DNA from: an uncultured archaeon
GTDB taxonomy: Archaea; Thermoplasmatota; Penumbrarchaeia; JASLWR01
Assembly: GCA_964342815.1 (NCBI GenBank)
Contig: CAYFHS010000019.1
Location: forward strand, 1-64,000
DNA length: 64,000 nt
Direction of reading: 5' to 3'
In this document: piece after piece, positions 29,242 to 38,845 of the stretch
Numbering within the stretch: the first letter of the stretch is position 1
Layout: every line of letters starts with the position of its first letter
The notes under the pieces: model-generated
What the model was told of the DNA's origin: nothing
Seen by the model: the letters and a program-made list of their open reading frames with translations, nothing else
Database searches by the model: none
Program-made: the position numbers and the translations under genes

Positions 29242-29471
29242 TGGACGAGAAATAATGGATTATTATAAAGGTTTTATCTATCTATTATACGTGCTTCCGG
29301 AGATTCGAATCCAGAGCTGAAATCCTTGATGGCAGGTTCTCTGTCGCATTAACTTGATGTGGATACTGATAAGGAGATTTTCTATTCCAAAACGTAAAAT
29401 AACACGAATGCGATTCAGCCGCAGCTGCACTGATCAATTAATCAAAACATTGAATTGAGCGGGGTTCACCC

Positions 29472-31196
29472 ATGTCTAAGCAAAGCAACTCAACGGATTC
29501 AGGAAATCAATATACTCCTATAATATCCTACGAACACGGCGCATACACCGTACCTCTCCTTGGTGAGAGCGTACAGCACTGTCTGTTCCGCATTGCGGAT
29601 CGTTATCCCGACCGAGATGCTCTAATATCGATCCATCAGAACCGGCGCTTCACCTACCGAGAGATCAAGAAGATAGTTGATAATGCTGCCAAAGCGTTTC
29701 TCGCTCTTGGTATCGGCAGGGGCGACCGGGTGGCCATATGGTCGACGAACAACTATGAATGGTGGGTCACGCAGTTTGCCACGGCCCGTATAGGTGCAAT
29801 TCTAGTTACTATCAATCCCGCCTACCGCACTCACGAGCTGGAATACGTTTTGAAAAAATCCAAGGCGAAGGCATTACTCCTTATCGAATCGTTCAAAACC
29901 TCCAATTATGTGGATATGTTGTACAAGGTATGCCACGAGATCAAAGAGGCGGAACCCGGTCGCATCGATTCATGGCGTTTCCCTCATTTGAAATCGGTAA
30001 TATTCATCGGCAGTGACCAGCATCCTGGTATTTTCACCCGGCGTGAGTTCGCCGAGCTGGGGCCGACCATGTCCGACGAAGAACTGGAACGAGTTGCCCA
30101 TGGGCTTGAGATAGATGATGCAATCAATATTCAGTACACATCCGGTACAACGGGATACCCAAAGGGGGTTGTACTCACCAACCATAACATAATAAACAAC
30201 GCCTATCTCACCGCACTCGAAATGGGTCTTACGCATGAGGATCGCCTGTGTATGCCGGTTCCGCTCTATCACTGCTTCGGCATGGTGCTCTCGAGCCTCT
30301 CTTGTGTTACTGTTGGCGCCGCTCTCGTCATCCCCGGCCCGGTATTCAATGTCGAGGAAACTCTCATGGCGATCCACCAGGAGCGGTGTACTGCTCTTCA
30401 CGGAGTACCCACCATGTTCATAGCCGAACTGGAGCATCCAAACTTCGAAAAGTACGACCTTACAAGCTTGAGAACAGGAATAATGGCCGGGGCGCCGTGT
30501 CCCATAGACGTGATGAAAAAGGTACATGACAGCATGAACATGAAAGAGATATTGATCGGGTACGGGCAGACGGAGTGCTCTCCGATTGCCACACTTACGC
30601 GGCCGGACGACCCCCTTGAAAGACGTGTCAGCACTGTTGGGAAGGTGGCACCGCATGTAGAACTGAAGGTCGTCGATCCTGAGACGGGCTGGACGCTTCC
30701 GAGGGGCAAGAAAGGAGAAATTTGTTTTCGCGGATATAATGTTATGAGGGGATATGATAACATGCCCGAGGCCACCGCCGAGGCCGTTGACGAGGATGAC
30801 TGGCTTCATTCCGGAGACCTTGGTGTAATGGAGATCGACGGTTTTGTAAAGATCACTGGACGCTTGAAAGAGATGGTCATTCGAGGCGGGGAAAATCTAT
30901 TTCCCAAGGAGATCGAGGAGTATTTAAGAACCCTGGATATAATTTACGACGTCTACGTGGTTGGTATTCCTGACGAGAGAATGGGTGAGGAACTGCTGGC
31001 CTGCGTGAAGCTTCGGAAAGGTGTGGAAGTGCCGGAACCTGAAGAATTCCGCGCATTGTGCAGGGGAAATATAGCGCATTTCAAGATACCGCGATACTGG
31101 CTGGTTGTGGATGATTACCCCATGACGGTGACTGGCAAGATACAGAAGTTCAAGCTTGTGGAGTGGGGAATCCGGGAACTGGGACTTCAGGGCTGA
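29472..31196 (+). CDS. AMP-binding acyl-CoA synthetase
   Basis: YTSGTTGYPKG, GYGQTE, SGDLG, GRLKEMVIRGGEN and TGKIQK adenylate-forming motifs. Confidence 0.95.
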   Translation: MSKQSNSTDSGNQYTPIISYEHGAYTVPLLGESVQHCLFRIADRYPDRDALISIHQNRRFTYREIKKIVDNAAKAFLALGIGRGDRVAIWSTNNYEWWVTQFATARIGAILVTINPAYRTHELEYVLKKSKAKALLLIESFKTSNYVDMLYKVCHEIKEAEPGRIDSWRFPHLKSVIFIGSDQHPGIFTRREFAELGPTMSDEELERVAHGLEIDDAINIQYTSGTTGYPKGVVLTNHNIINNAYLTALEMGLTHEDRLCMPVPLYHCFGMVLSSLSCVTVGAALVIPGPVFNVEETLMAIHQERCTALHGVPTMFIAELEHPNFEKYDLTSLRTGIMAGAPCPIDVMKKVHDSMNMKEILIGYGQTECSPIATLTRPDDPLERRVSTVGKVAPHVELKVVDPETGWTLPRGKKGEICFRGYNVMRGYDNMPEATAEAVDEDDWLHSGDLGVMEIDGFVKITGRLKEMVIRGGENLFPKEIEEYLRTLDIIYDVYVVGIPDERMGEELLACVKLRKGVEVPEPEEFRALCRGNIAHFKIPRYWLVVDDYPMTVTGKIQKFKLVEWGIRELGLQG

Positions 31197-31199
31197 TTA

Positions 31200-32306
31200 T
31201 TATAGGTTAATCTTTATCTCATTTAGTCCTTCGCCAAGCGCCGCAAGACCCGCCTTTACTTCATTTACCGGGCCCACAGCCGTAAGCCGAAAATGGCCAT
31301 CGAGCCCAAAATATTTCCCCGGTGATATTAAAACTCCGGTTTTATCCAGCAGTTTTCGACAGAGCGTGACAGAATCAATTTCGAGAGAATACCTGGGAAA
31401 GCACATAATCCCACCTGCAGGCGAAACATAGTTCATTATGTCTTTTCTTTCGTCCATCCAGTTCTTCACTATGGCCATGTTCCTGTTTGCGATATTTTTA
31501 AACCGTTCTAACAATTTTTCTCTTGCTGTCAACACGACTGATTTACTAATAACTTCCGAGATGTATGGTGATGCTGCGCTTGCCATTGACTTGGCCTGCT
31601 GGCACAGCTTTGCCGTTTCCTTTTCGGCGATTATCCATCCTGTCCGGAATCCTCCCAGCCCGTAGAGTTTCGTCACGCTGCAGGTGACAATGATCCCCTC
31701 GATTCCCGCCGCTGAACTACAGGGAAAATTCGAGGCATCGAGGAACATCTCGTCAATGAGAACGTGGGCTCTGTTATCCCGGGCGATCCCAGCCACTGCT
31801 TCCATGGTCTTCCGGGAAGTGAGAACGCCGCTGGGATTGTGAAGGTTCGTAAGGACTATCAATTTCTTACTGGGGGATATGATCTCGTTCAATTCGTCGA
31901 GGTCCAGCTGAAAATCATCGTCGAATTTCCTTTCCCACTTTTCGATCTTCCCGCCGAGCATGGCCGGGACCCTATACATGGGTTCGTAACCGGGATTCTC
32001 AACTATGACCTCGTCACCTGCTTCGATAGTTGCAAGATATGCAAGAAAATTAGCCTCGCTGCCCCCGGTTGCGGTTACGATATTATCTGAATCCCATTTG
32101 TATATCCCAGCTAGAGCCTCGCGAAGATTTTCCTCACCGAAATGGTCGTTCTTCCCGAGATCGAAATCGGCCGGAATCTCATAACCCGTAAGCTCCTGAA
32201 GTTCCGAGAAAAGCAGGCCGGGAATGTTGCTAATGCCGAAATCGTATCTTGCGTCCTTTTCGTTTTCCAGCAGCCAATCCAGAAGTTCGAAGGGAGGTAT
32301 TTTCAT
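31200..32306 (-). CDS. PLP-dependent aminotransferase class I/II
   Basis: TNLHNPSG, DEMF, SVTKLYGLGGFRTGW (PLP lysine) motifs. Confidence 0.92.
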   Translation of the reverse strand: MKIPPFELLDWLLENEKDARYDFGISNIPGLLFSELQELTGYEIPADFDLGKNDHFGEENLREALAGIYKWDSDNIVTATGGSEANFLAYLATIEAGDEVIVENPGYEPMYRVPAMLGGKIEKWERKFDDDFQLDLDELNEIISPSKKLIVLTNLHNPSGVLTSRKTMEAVAGIARDNRAHVLIDEMFLDASNFPCSSAAGIEGIIVTCSVTKLYGLGGFRTGWIIAEKETAKLCQQAKSMASAASPYISEVISKSVVLTAREKLLERFKNIANRNMAIVKNWMDERKDIMNYVSPAGGIMCFPRYSLEIDSVTLCRKLLDKTGVLISPGKYFGLDGHFRLTAVGPVNEVKAGLAALGEGLNEIKINL

Positions 32307-32386
32307 ACTTGAGTTATCTACAGTTATGTATTTTTGATTTGTCGTTTTTTAGGCTTGTGCGAGTGATCGTTTCTCCAATAATCCAT

Positions 32387-32420
32387 AGAGGGCCTGCGAG
32401 CTCCAGCCAAACGCAGGCCG
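32387..32420 (-). repeat. REP-like hairpin, copy A
   Basis: Minus strand cggcctgcgtttggctggagctcgcaggccctct; related to copies at 33722-33752 and 59086-59119. Confidence 0.8.
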
Positions 32421-32621
32421 GGTCTAAAAAATAGTTACACATAAAATAAATTCAAATCCTGATTACCTACGATTCCGAGCAGACTCTGGGGGTGAGGCGT
32501 CTTACAGCACACCTGCTGGAAGATACAGGGCCGTTTGCGGAGCAAATGGACCAGTATGAGCCGGCGCAGGAATCGGGTGGGGGCTTGGGATGGCTATTCC
32601 TCCGCTTCACATAACGAAGTA

Positions 32622-33542
32622 TTATTTTTCCTCCCGGACGAGTCGGAAACCTATGATAATGAACACGGCGTCGGGGGAGTCACCGTTCCTCCGAGATGAA
32701 AAGGAAAATTTAACATCATTTTGGTTCCAGTCACTACCACGAAAAACCCGATTAGAACCCGATGTTGGTCCCTGCGGATCGTTATTAGTCGAGTTCTCAT
32801 AATAATATTTATCATACCAATCCTGGCACCACTCGCATACGTTACCATGCATATCATACAGACCCCAGTCATTAGGTAACTTTTCACCAACTGGGTGTGT
32901 TTTACCTTTTGAATTTAGACCATACCATGCATACATATCTATTTTTTCTTCATCATCCCCAAAGCTATAGTCACTCTCTCTCCCTGCACGGCAACAGTAT
33001 TCCCATTCCGCCTCTGTTGGTAATCGATAAGTATAGTTAGTATCAAGCTTGTTCAGCCTTGAACTGAACAATTGGCAGTCATTCCAGGAAACCGAATAAA
33101 TTGGATGATTATCGCCAATTCCATATTCAAAATCGTTATATGGATTTAAATCCCATTTCCCCATAACCTCTTCCCATTGAGACTGTGTTACCTCGCAACT
33201 TAGCATTTGAAAACCTTTGGAAATCGTTACTTGATGTGCCGGTTTTTCATATGAATAACCTTTTGAATTACCCATGATGAAAGTACCTGGTGATATATCA
33301 ACCCAGTTGAAATCGTCTGGGAATCGAGGCGTATGGGAAGGTTCTTTTGGAAAAAGAAATAGATATCCACCAATCCAAACAGCGATCAACACAAATATGA
33401 CTATATGCCTTCTGACAAACACCTTTTTACCTCTTTTCTTATGTTGAGCTAGTTTATCCTCCCCATTTTCCCTTTCAGGCTCCGGTTTTGCACCTGGTGA
33501 TAAGGATTCCTCTGGACAATTAGAAGGGATTTCATTAGCCAT
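32622..33542 (-). CDS. Membrane-anchored FGE-sulfatase/SUMF1-type (C-type-lectin-fold) domain protein
   Basis: GTFIMG, EVTQSQW, HPIYSVSWND, RLPTEAEWEY, GLYDMHGNVCEWCQDWY and GFRL motifs; one TM. No catalytic FGE Cys pair is apparent. Confidence 0.9.
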   Translation of the reverse strand: MANEIPSNCPEESLSPGAKPEPERENGEDKLAQHKKRGKKVFVRRHIVIFVLIAVWIGGYLFLFPKEPSHTPRFPDDFNWVDISPGTFIMGNSKGYSYEKPAHQVTISKGFQMLSCEVTQSQWEEVMGKWDLNPYNDFEYGIGDNHPIYSVSWNDCQLFSSRLNKLDTNYTYRLPTEAEWEYCCRAGRESDYSFGDDEEKIDMYAWYGLNSKGKTHPVGEKLPNDWGLYDMHGNVCEWCQDWYDKYYYENSTNNDPQGPTSGSNRVFRGSDWNQNDVKFSFSSRRNGDSPDAVFIIIGFRLVREEK

Positions 33543-33721
33543 AGATACAAATATGTGTTATACATATAAAAAGTTGTTCGAAAGTTTGTATATTCCAGTC
33601 ATATCCGGTTAATACATTGAAGAAAGGAGGCGGATTTGATCCCCAAAATTAAGAAGAAAGGGGGCTTACCCCCTTGGTCGGTACCGACCTTATGCAATAT
33701 TCTAAATATTATTTTTATGTC

Positions 33722-33752
33722 GGGCCTGCGTTTCTTACGTCGCAGGCCCTCT
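33722..33752 (+). repeat. REP-like hairpin, copy B (inverted relative to copy A)
   Basis: gggcctgcgtttcttacgtcgcaggccctct; 33740-33752 is the exact reverse complement of 32387-32399. Confidence 0.8.
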
Positions 33753-33801
33753 TTTGTTTTTTTAGTCCGCACTGGCCAGCGCAGCACCAACCCAAAAAGG
33801 C

Positions 33802-35148
33802 TTAGATTTCGCGCCAGATCGCCAATACCTTTTCAAGCAGCCCTCGGGAAGAATCCGCCAGCACCCTTATCATGGGTTCCTTGCCAACTCCTCCCTCGTC
33901 TATCACTATATCCGGCGCCTTATCCCGACCTTTCATTACGTAAGCCGCTGCCCAATCCATAGTCCGGCGTTCCCTTTCTGCTGACGAAGCGGGTTCCTCA
34001 TCTCTCGGTGCGAAGGCGATATCAAGATCCAGTTCCTCGCATATTTTCCGGGTCTCTTCGTTAAGTTTGATGTTCATTGAGCTTCTAACCGATCTATCGT
34101 GCGTTTGAATGGTCAGCAGAAAACGGGCTACATGATCCGATACCCCGTACCACGGAACGTGGGCGTGAATCCGCTCCTTCAAGCGGACGATCCGCCCCTC
34201 GACACCTACGGCTTCTTCCGGACCGATAGCATAAGGCAGCGTCGTGACAAAGTTGGATGCCACTTCTGGAATAAGCTCAAATATATTTTTTGCCTCCAGC
34301 TCCCGAACACATTCACGCACCTCCTTCAAAACCGGGTAGCGGGCAGCTTCATTAATCAAATGGGTCAGAGGGCTCACCATTGTCCCGCCTTTTGTTTCAA
34401 AGGGAAAACGGATGGACCTGTTAACGTGATTTGCAGCGTGCTCCACGGCATATCCAAGATCACTTCCCTTGGCAAGATATGCCGTGATACCTGCGGATAA
34501 CATACAGCCGGTACCGTGGGGATCATTTCCGGGAATAAATTTCCGTTCGTATTCCCGCACTCCTTTCTCATCCACAAGTAAGTCCGTAATCCGGTCATTT
34601 TCAAAATGACAGCCGGTGACCAGCACAGCATCGGCTCCGGTCTCCATTATCTTCCCAGCGGCTACTATGGCATCATTCTTGTTTCTGATCGGTACGCCGG
34701 AAAGGAGTTCCGCCTCCCTTATATTCGGTGTAACGAGAGCCGCCATTGGTAATAACAATTTTTTTAGCTCCATCACACCGCTATCGTCCAGCAAAGAATG
34801 ACCGGTGCTCGATCGTATCACGGGATCGATTACCAGCCGTACGTTATATTTCTCAAGAGTTTTCGACACCGCCTTTACTATTTCTCCGTCCACCAGCATC
34901 CCCGTTTTCACCGTATCCACCCCGATATCCTCCATGACTGATTCTATCTGTCCGGAAACTATACGTGGCTCTATTCGGACCACTTCCCGTACACCAAGCG
35001 TATTCTGGACCGTTATGGCCGTAACTGCGGAGCTTGCGTGTACGCCAATAGATTCAATGCTCAAGATATCAGCCTGAATGCCTGCTCCCCCGCTGGGATC
35101 GGAGCCTGCGATTGTCATGGCCGAGGGGTTTTCTCGCTTCCGGATCAT
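33802..35148 (-). CDS. thiDN: Bifunctional hydroxymethylpyrimidine(-P) kinase / thiamine-phosphate synthase (ThiD-ThiN)
   Basis: IAGSDPSGGAGIQAD, VKTGML, TPNIREA, HGTGCMLS; C-terminal ThiN-type LIPEVASN...GGVGKEPMIRV. Confidence 0.93.
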   Translation of the reverse strand: MIRKRENPSAMTIAGSDPSGGAGIQADILSIESIGVHASSAVTAITVQNTLGVREVVRIEPRIVSGQIESVMEDIGVDTVKTGMLVDGEIVKAVSKTLEKYNVRLVIDPVIRSSTGHSLLDDSGVMELKKLLLPMAALVTPNIREAELLSGVPIRNKNDAIVAAGKIMETGADAVLVTGCHFENDRITDLLVDEKGVREYERKFIPGNDPHGTGCMLSAGITAYLAKGSDLGYAVEHAANHVNRSIRFPFETKGGTMVSPLTHLINEAARYPVLKEVRECVRELEAKNIFELIPEVASNFVTTLPYAIGPEEAVGVEGRIVRLKERIHAHVPWYGVSDHVARFLLTIQTHDRSVRSSMNIKLNEETRKICEELDLDIAFAPRDEEPASSAERERRTMDWAAAYVMKGRDKAPDIVIDEGGVGKEPMIRVLADSSRGLLEKVLAIWREI

Positions 35149-35449
35149 ACTTTTCCAACCTTTCCTTCATACATATTGAGGGTCGTATAATGAATAATTC
35201 GGGGATTATTCCTTAGAACTACCGCCAACCGAGGTCAGCAGGGTTGGCAGCTTGGATCGGGGATTTCGGGATAATAATTCACTCATATAACAAAGCATCG
35301 GCGTAACTCCTATGCAGCCATGTCGAATATGAAATAGCTCTTTTCGGACACAGCATACATATAACAATATTTTAGTATTATGAGATTGTATATGGATTGA
35401 GTATTCTGTTGAATTAACTCAATTAGTCTCACTTAATAACGGTGTTCAT

Positions 35450-38236
35450 ATGGCTGTAGTATCCGAGAAACCAAATAGAAAGACTCTAAACATCGATGGT
35501 ATGAAAACCTTGATAATAGTTGCATCGTTGATATTATCGGCCATAGGAATACTTGCCGTATTTTCTCCGTTACTGGCGGAGCCGGGCACACGAACCGTGC
35601 ATCCTCCCGGAAAACCATCTAATCCTATGCCTGCAAACGATGAGAAAGGGATTACGGGCAGCACCATCTCCTTATCATGGTCCCCAAGTCCGGCCTACCG
35701 AGGCGATCACTTGGCCATAACGGACAACTGGTTAAAAATATCGACACAGGGTCCCTGTAACAGCGATGGTGCCACAGCGAACGTGTTCAATGGAGCGTTA
35801 GGACCTTCATCCAGCTACCAGATATCCGGCTCTGCAGTGAAAATGGGTACTACCTACTACTGGGCAGTCAAGAACCAGGACGAGGACGGCTGGAGTCCCT
35901 ATTCCAATTGGAAGTTCTCCACCAACGCACTTCCCGTGGCTTCGATCACCTCCATTACTCCATCCCAGGCAAGAGAGGGACAGGAAGTTCTTTTCGTCGG
36001 GGAAGGTGCCGATAATATCGATAATGACGACATCACCGCTTACAAATGGGAATCCAATATCGATGGAGAGCTCAGCGCGGAGAAGAGCTTTTCCAGTCTG
36101 GATCTTGATAAAATGTTAACCCCTGAAGTCCACAAGATCACCTTTCAGGTCCAGGATAGTAACGAGCTGTGGTCGGAGATAACCTCCCAGTGCAAACGAA
36201 ATCTTGAAATCACGGTCAACACACCTCCGAGCAAACCCACTGCTCTCGAGGTGGACGGAGATTCCGTGATCGATGATGGTGAGCTGTCGACCCACAAGCT
36301 TTCACCAAGGATCAAATGGAGGGCTTCAACAGACCCGGACCCAGAAGATTCCGTGACTTATTTTATCAGCATCAGCGCTCAGCGAACTTACGAGCGGTCG
36401 ATCGCAGACGACGAACAGGTCAACGTGCCGGAATACCCAGTGCCGTCAGTGCTATCCTATGGGACTCTGGATAGCTATACCAACACAATGACCAATACAT
36501 ACTATCTGGAAATATATTCGTCCGACGGCTACAAGAAATCAGAAATTAAAACCGAGGAGTTCAAGGTGGTCAACCATCCGCCGGATGAACCGATTATCGA
36601 GATAGAACCTTCAGCCCCCACCAGCAGCGACTACATATTATGCCACATTGGAGAGGAAACGGCTTCGGAAGACATGGATGGCGACAAGGTCCAGTACACT
36701 TACAATTGGTACAAGAACGACAAGTTTCAGGATAAACTCTCCGGCAAGGGGATCGACTATGCCGGGATCGATAAGAAAGAAACGAATCATTTTGACTCGT
36801 GGAAAGTGAGGGTGACTCCCAGCGACGGATTCATCGACGGTGAAAGCGCAGAGATGGAGATAGTCATCGGGAACGAGCCCCCGGTGGCAAGGATCACCAA
36901 TCCATACAAGATATCCGGCGGCCCCATATATCTCGAAGACGCATTCTATACTATCGAGGAAATAAGTTTCGACGGTACTGGCACTACCGAGCCGGACAAC
37001 GACCCCATTGTGGAATACCTGTGGACATCCAACATCTCGGGGCAGTTGGGCAAAGGAGATTCCCTGAAGCGTAAACTCGAAAAACCAGGTCATCATCTCA
37101 TTACGCTGAAGGTTACTGATCAGCAAGGCGCCAGCAGTAACGCCACAGTGTTGATCCAGGTGGTAGAGCCTCCCAAACCGGTCCTAACACCCGAATTCAT
37201 CGTGGAATCCACGGGTCCCTTCAAAAAGGGAGACAAGGTGGGACCTATAACCATTATGATACACAACCGCGGTACCGACATGGCTAACAGCCTTACCATA
37301 AGCATTACCAATAACGGCCTGAAAGCGGCTACAATACCGGCGCGCACCGGTGTATCGATTGCCCGGAATATGACATATCCGTTGGAGATTCCCGAGTACT
37401 TGATCAGGACTGATATCGTAAAGCTGGAGGTGAAGATCGTTGGGAACAACAGTTTCGGCGTTCCTTTATCCGAGAGCCGAGGCGAGTTGAACTATACCAG
37501 GAACGTCTGGTCTCCTGTTATCAGCGGTTCGGGAAGCGGTGGGGAAACCGGATCCAAGGGAGCCCTGATCGATAACTGGGTCTGGATAGTACTGGGTGTC
37601 CTGGTTCTCTTCCTGATAGTGGCGATTATTGTTTTCATATTAATTCGATACAGGGAAAAGGAAGAGGAGTATGAGGACCAACCGGTACCCACCAGCGTTG
37701 GATTGGATGGACAGGGTCCGGTGGAGGGTTATTCCATCGGTTCGGGTGGTTCAGCTCAACCTTTACCCCCTTTTCCGGGTGCTATGCCCCCCCCATCTAT
37801 GTTCATGCAGCCTCCCTTTGGGCCCATGCCGCATGGAGATCGAGACCCAGGACGTGGAATGATGTTTCCCCCACCCCATCAACTGGCTTTGCCAGCTGGG
37901 CCTGAAGGTTCCCAACCTCCTCGAGGAGTATTGCCCCCGCGTCCCTTTCCTGCTCTTATGCCTCCAATGGGAATGATGCCTGGGATCCCGGGTTTTCAGG
38001 CAGGTCCCCCTGCCCCATTTTCCATGCATTTCCCTCCACCCCCCTATCGGGATATGGAACCTTCGCGGCCACCTTCCCAATTCCCTTCCGTTGAAAAACC
38101 TGAAATACCGGAAATATTCGCGGAAATTTCACCAAACGATAGGACAAATACGGACTCCCCATCCTGCCCGAACTGCGATGCAGGGGTTCAGGAAGGTTGG
38201 TTGATGTGTCCTCAGTGTAAAAAACGGCTAAGATGA
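35450..38236 (+). CDS. Surface protein (FnIII/Ig/PKD-like repeats) with TM, Pro-rich tail and C-terminal zinc ribbon
   Basis: 928 aa; N-terminal TM; YKWESNIDGEL and YLWTSNISGQL PKD-like repeats; second TM; Pro/Met/Gly-rich tail; CPNC...CPQC. Confidence 0.85.
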   Translation: MAVVSEKPNRKTLNIDGMKTLIIVASLILSAIGILAVFSPLLAEPGTRTVHPPGKPSNPMPANDEKGITGSTISLSWSPSPAYRGDHLAITDNWLKISTQGPCNSDGATANVFNGALGPSSSYQISGSAVKMGTTYYWAVKNQDEDGWSPYSNWKFSTNALPVASITSITPSQAREGQEVLFVGEGADNIDNDDITAYKWESNIDGELSAEKSFSSLDLDKMLTPEVHKITFQVQDSNELWSEITSQCKRNLEITVNTPPSKPTALEVDGDSVIDDGELSTHKLSPRIKWRASTDPDPEDSVTYFISISAQRTYERSIADDEQVNVPEYPVPSVLSYGTLDSYTNTMTNTYYLEIYSSDGYKKSEIKTEEFKVVNHPPDEPIIEIEPSAPTSSDYILCHIGEETASEDMDGDKVQYTYNWYKNDKFQDKLSGKGIDYAGIDKKETNHFDSWKVRVTPSDGFIDGESAEMEIVIGNEPPVARITNPYKISGGPIYLEDAFYTIEEISFDGTGTTEPDNDPIVEYLWTSNISGQLGKGDSLKRKLEKPGHHLITLKVTDQQGASSNATVLIQVVEPPKPVLTPEFIVESTGPFKKGDKVGPITIMIHNRGTDMANSLTISITNNGLKAATIPARTGVSIARNMTYPLEIPEYLIRTDIVKLEVKIVGNNSFGVPLSESRGELNYTRNVWSPVISGSGSGGETGSKGALIDNWVWIVLGVLVLFLIVAIIVFILIRYREKEEEYEDQPVPTSVGLDGQGPVEGYSIGSGGSAQPLPPFPGAMPPPSMFMQPPFGPMPHGDRDPGRGMMFPPPHQLALPAGPEGSQPPRGVLPPRPFPALMPPMGMMPGIPGFQAGPPAPFSMHFPPPPYRDMEPSRPPSQFPSVEKPEIPEIFAEISPNDRTNTDSPSCPNCDAGVQEGWLMCPQCKKRLR

Positions 38237-38283
38237 ATTTGAAAATTCATCGCACTAGGCAATTGAACTCTTGAAGGTCTGTA

Positions 38284-38559
38284 CTACCAATCCTTATTTT
38301 TCTGACCTTTACTCTTTTTAACGATCCATCCTACAATAAAAATGGGGATGAATAGACCAAGGCAGATAATCTCGATCCAGTCCGAGTCCCAGTAACTGTC
38401 TTCCTCGTCATCGTCATCATCACTTCCGGAACGGTAATAAACACCACCACCTGTATTGTAGCTGCTTCCCCCGCTGCTCCCTCCTTTCGCAGCCGCTATT
38501 GGTATGAGTAAGGAAGCCAGAAGAAGTAATACAAATGCCATCGTTACAGTTCTCTTCAT
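38284..38559 (-). CDS. Small secreted/anchored protein
   Basis: Signal peptide, Gly/Ser linker, DDDDDEED patch, TM, basic tail; GGAG RBS. Confidence 0.7.
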   Translation of the reverse strand: MKRTVTMAFVLLLLASLLIPIAAAKGGSSGGSSYNTGGGVYYRSGSDDDDDEEDSYWDSDWIEIICLGLFIPIFIVGWIVKKSKGQKNKDW

Positions 38560-38845
38560 GGGCTGGCTCCGTGTTTGGGATTATTAATGTTCATTATCTT
38601 TTTGTCTTTATCCGCAGGAAACAGCAGAATACCCCTGTTTTTAAACGAGGGATGAATGCTCCTCCGGTCGTTTCCGAGGATGATTCGAAAGATGTGCATC
38701 TTTCTTCATCCTCGGCTTGTGAGCCTGCGGATGCAGTTGCATCTTGATGCAACGGAGTGATAACGGGCAAATGTGGGTTGTTCATTAAATTTCGTGGTAC
38801 ATTTATAAAAGGATTCTCTCACTTCATCATATAAGGTCCTTCTGG

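Noticed and set aside
29295-29325. tRNA-like fragment (ggagattcgaatcc)
   Set aside because: Resembles a reversed T-loop only; no acceptor, D or anticodon arms can be built.
32357-32370. 13/14 match gtgcgagt.atcgt with 48095-48108
   Set aside because: Matches of this length are expected many times by chance in 64 kb.
33650-33675. RNase P RNA 3' end (gaaagggggcttac)
   Set aside because: No GAGGAAAGUCC-type 5' region upstream; that space is occupied by the FGE gene.
35150-35340. TPP riboswitch upstream of thiDN
   Set aside because: The CUGAGA and GAACCUGA core motifs are absent on the coding strand.
38594-38785. 63-aa ORF downstream of a TATA-like box
   Set aside because: Could be real, but composition and lack of motifs give no support; left unannotated.
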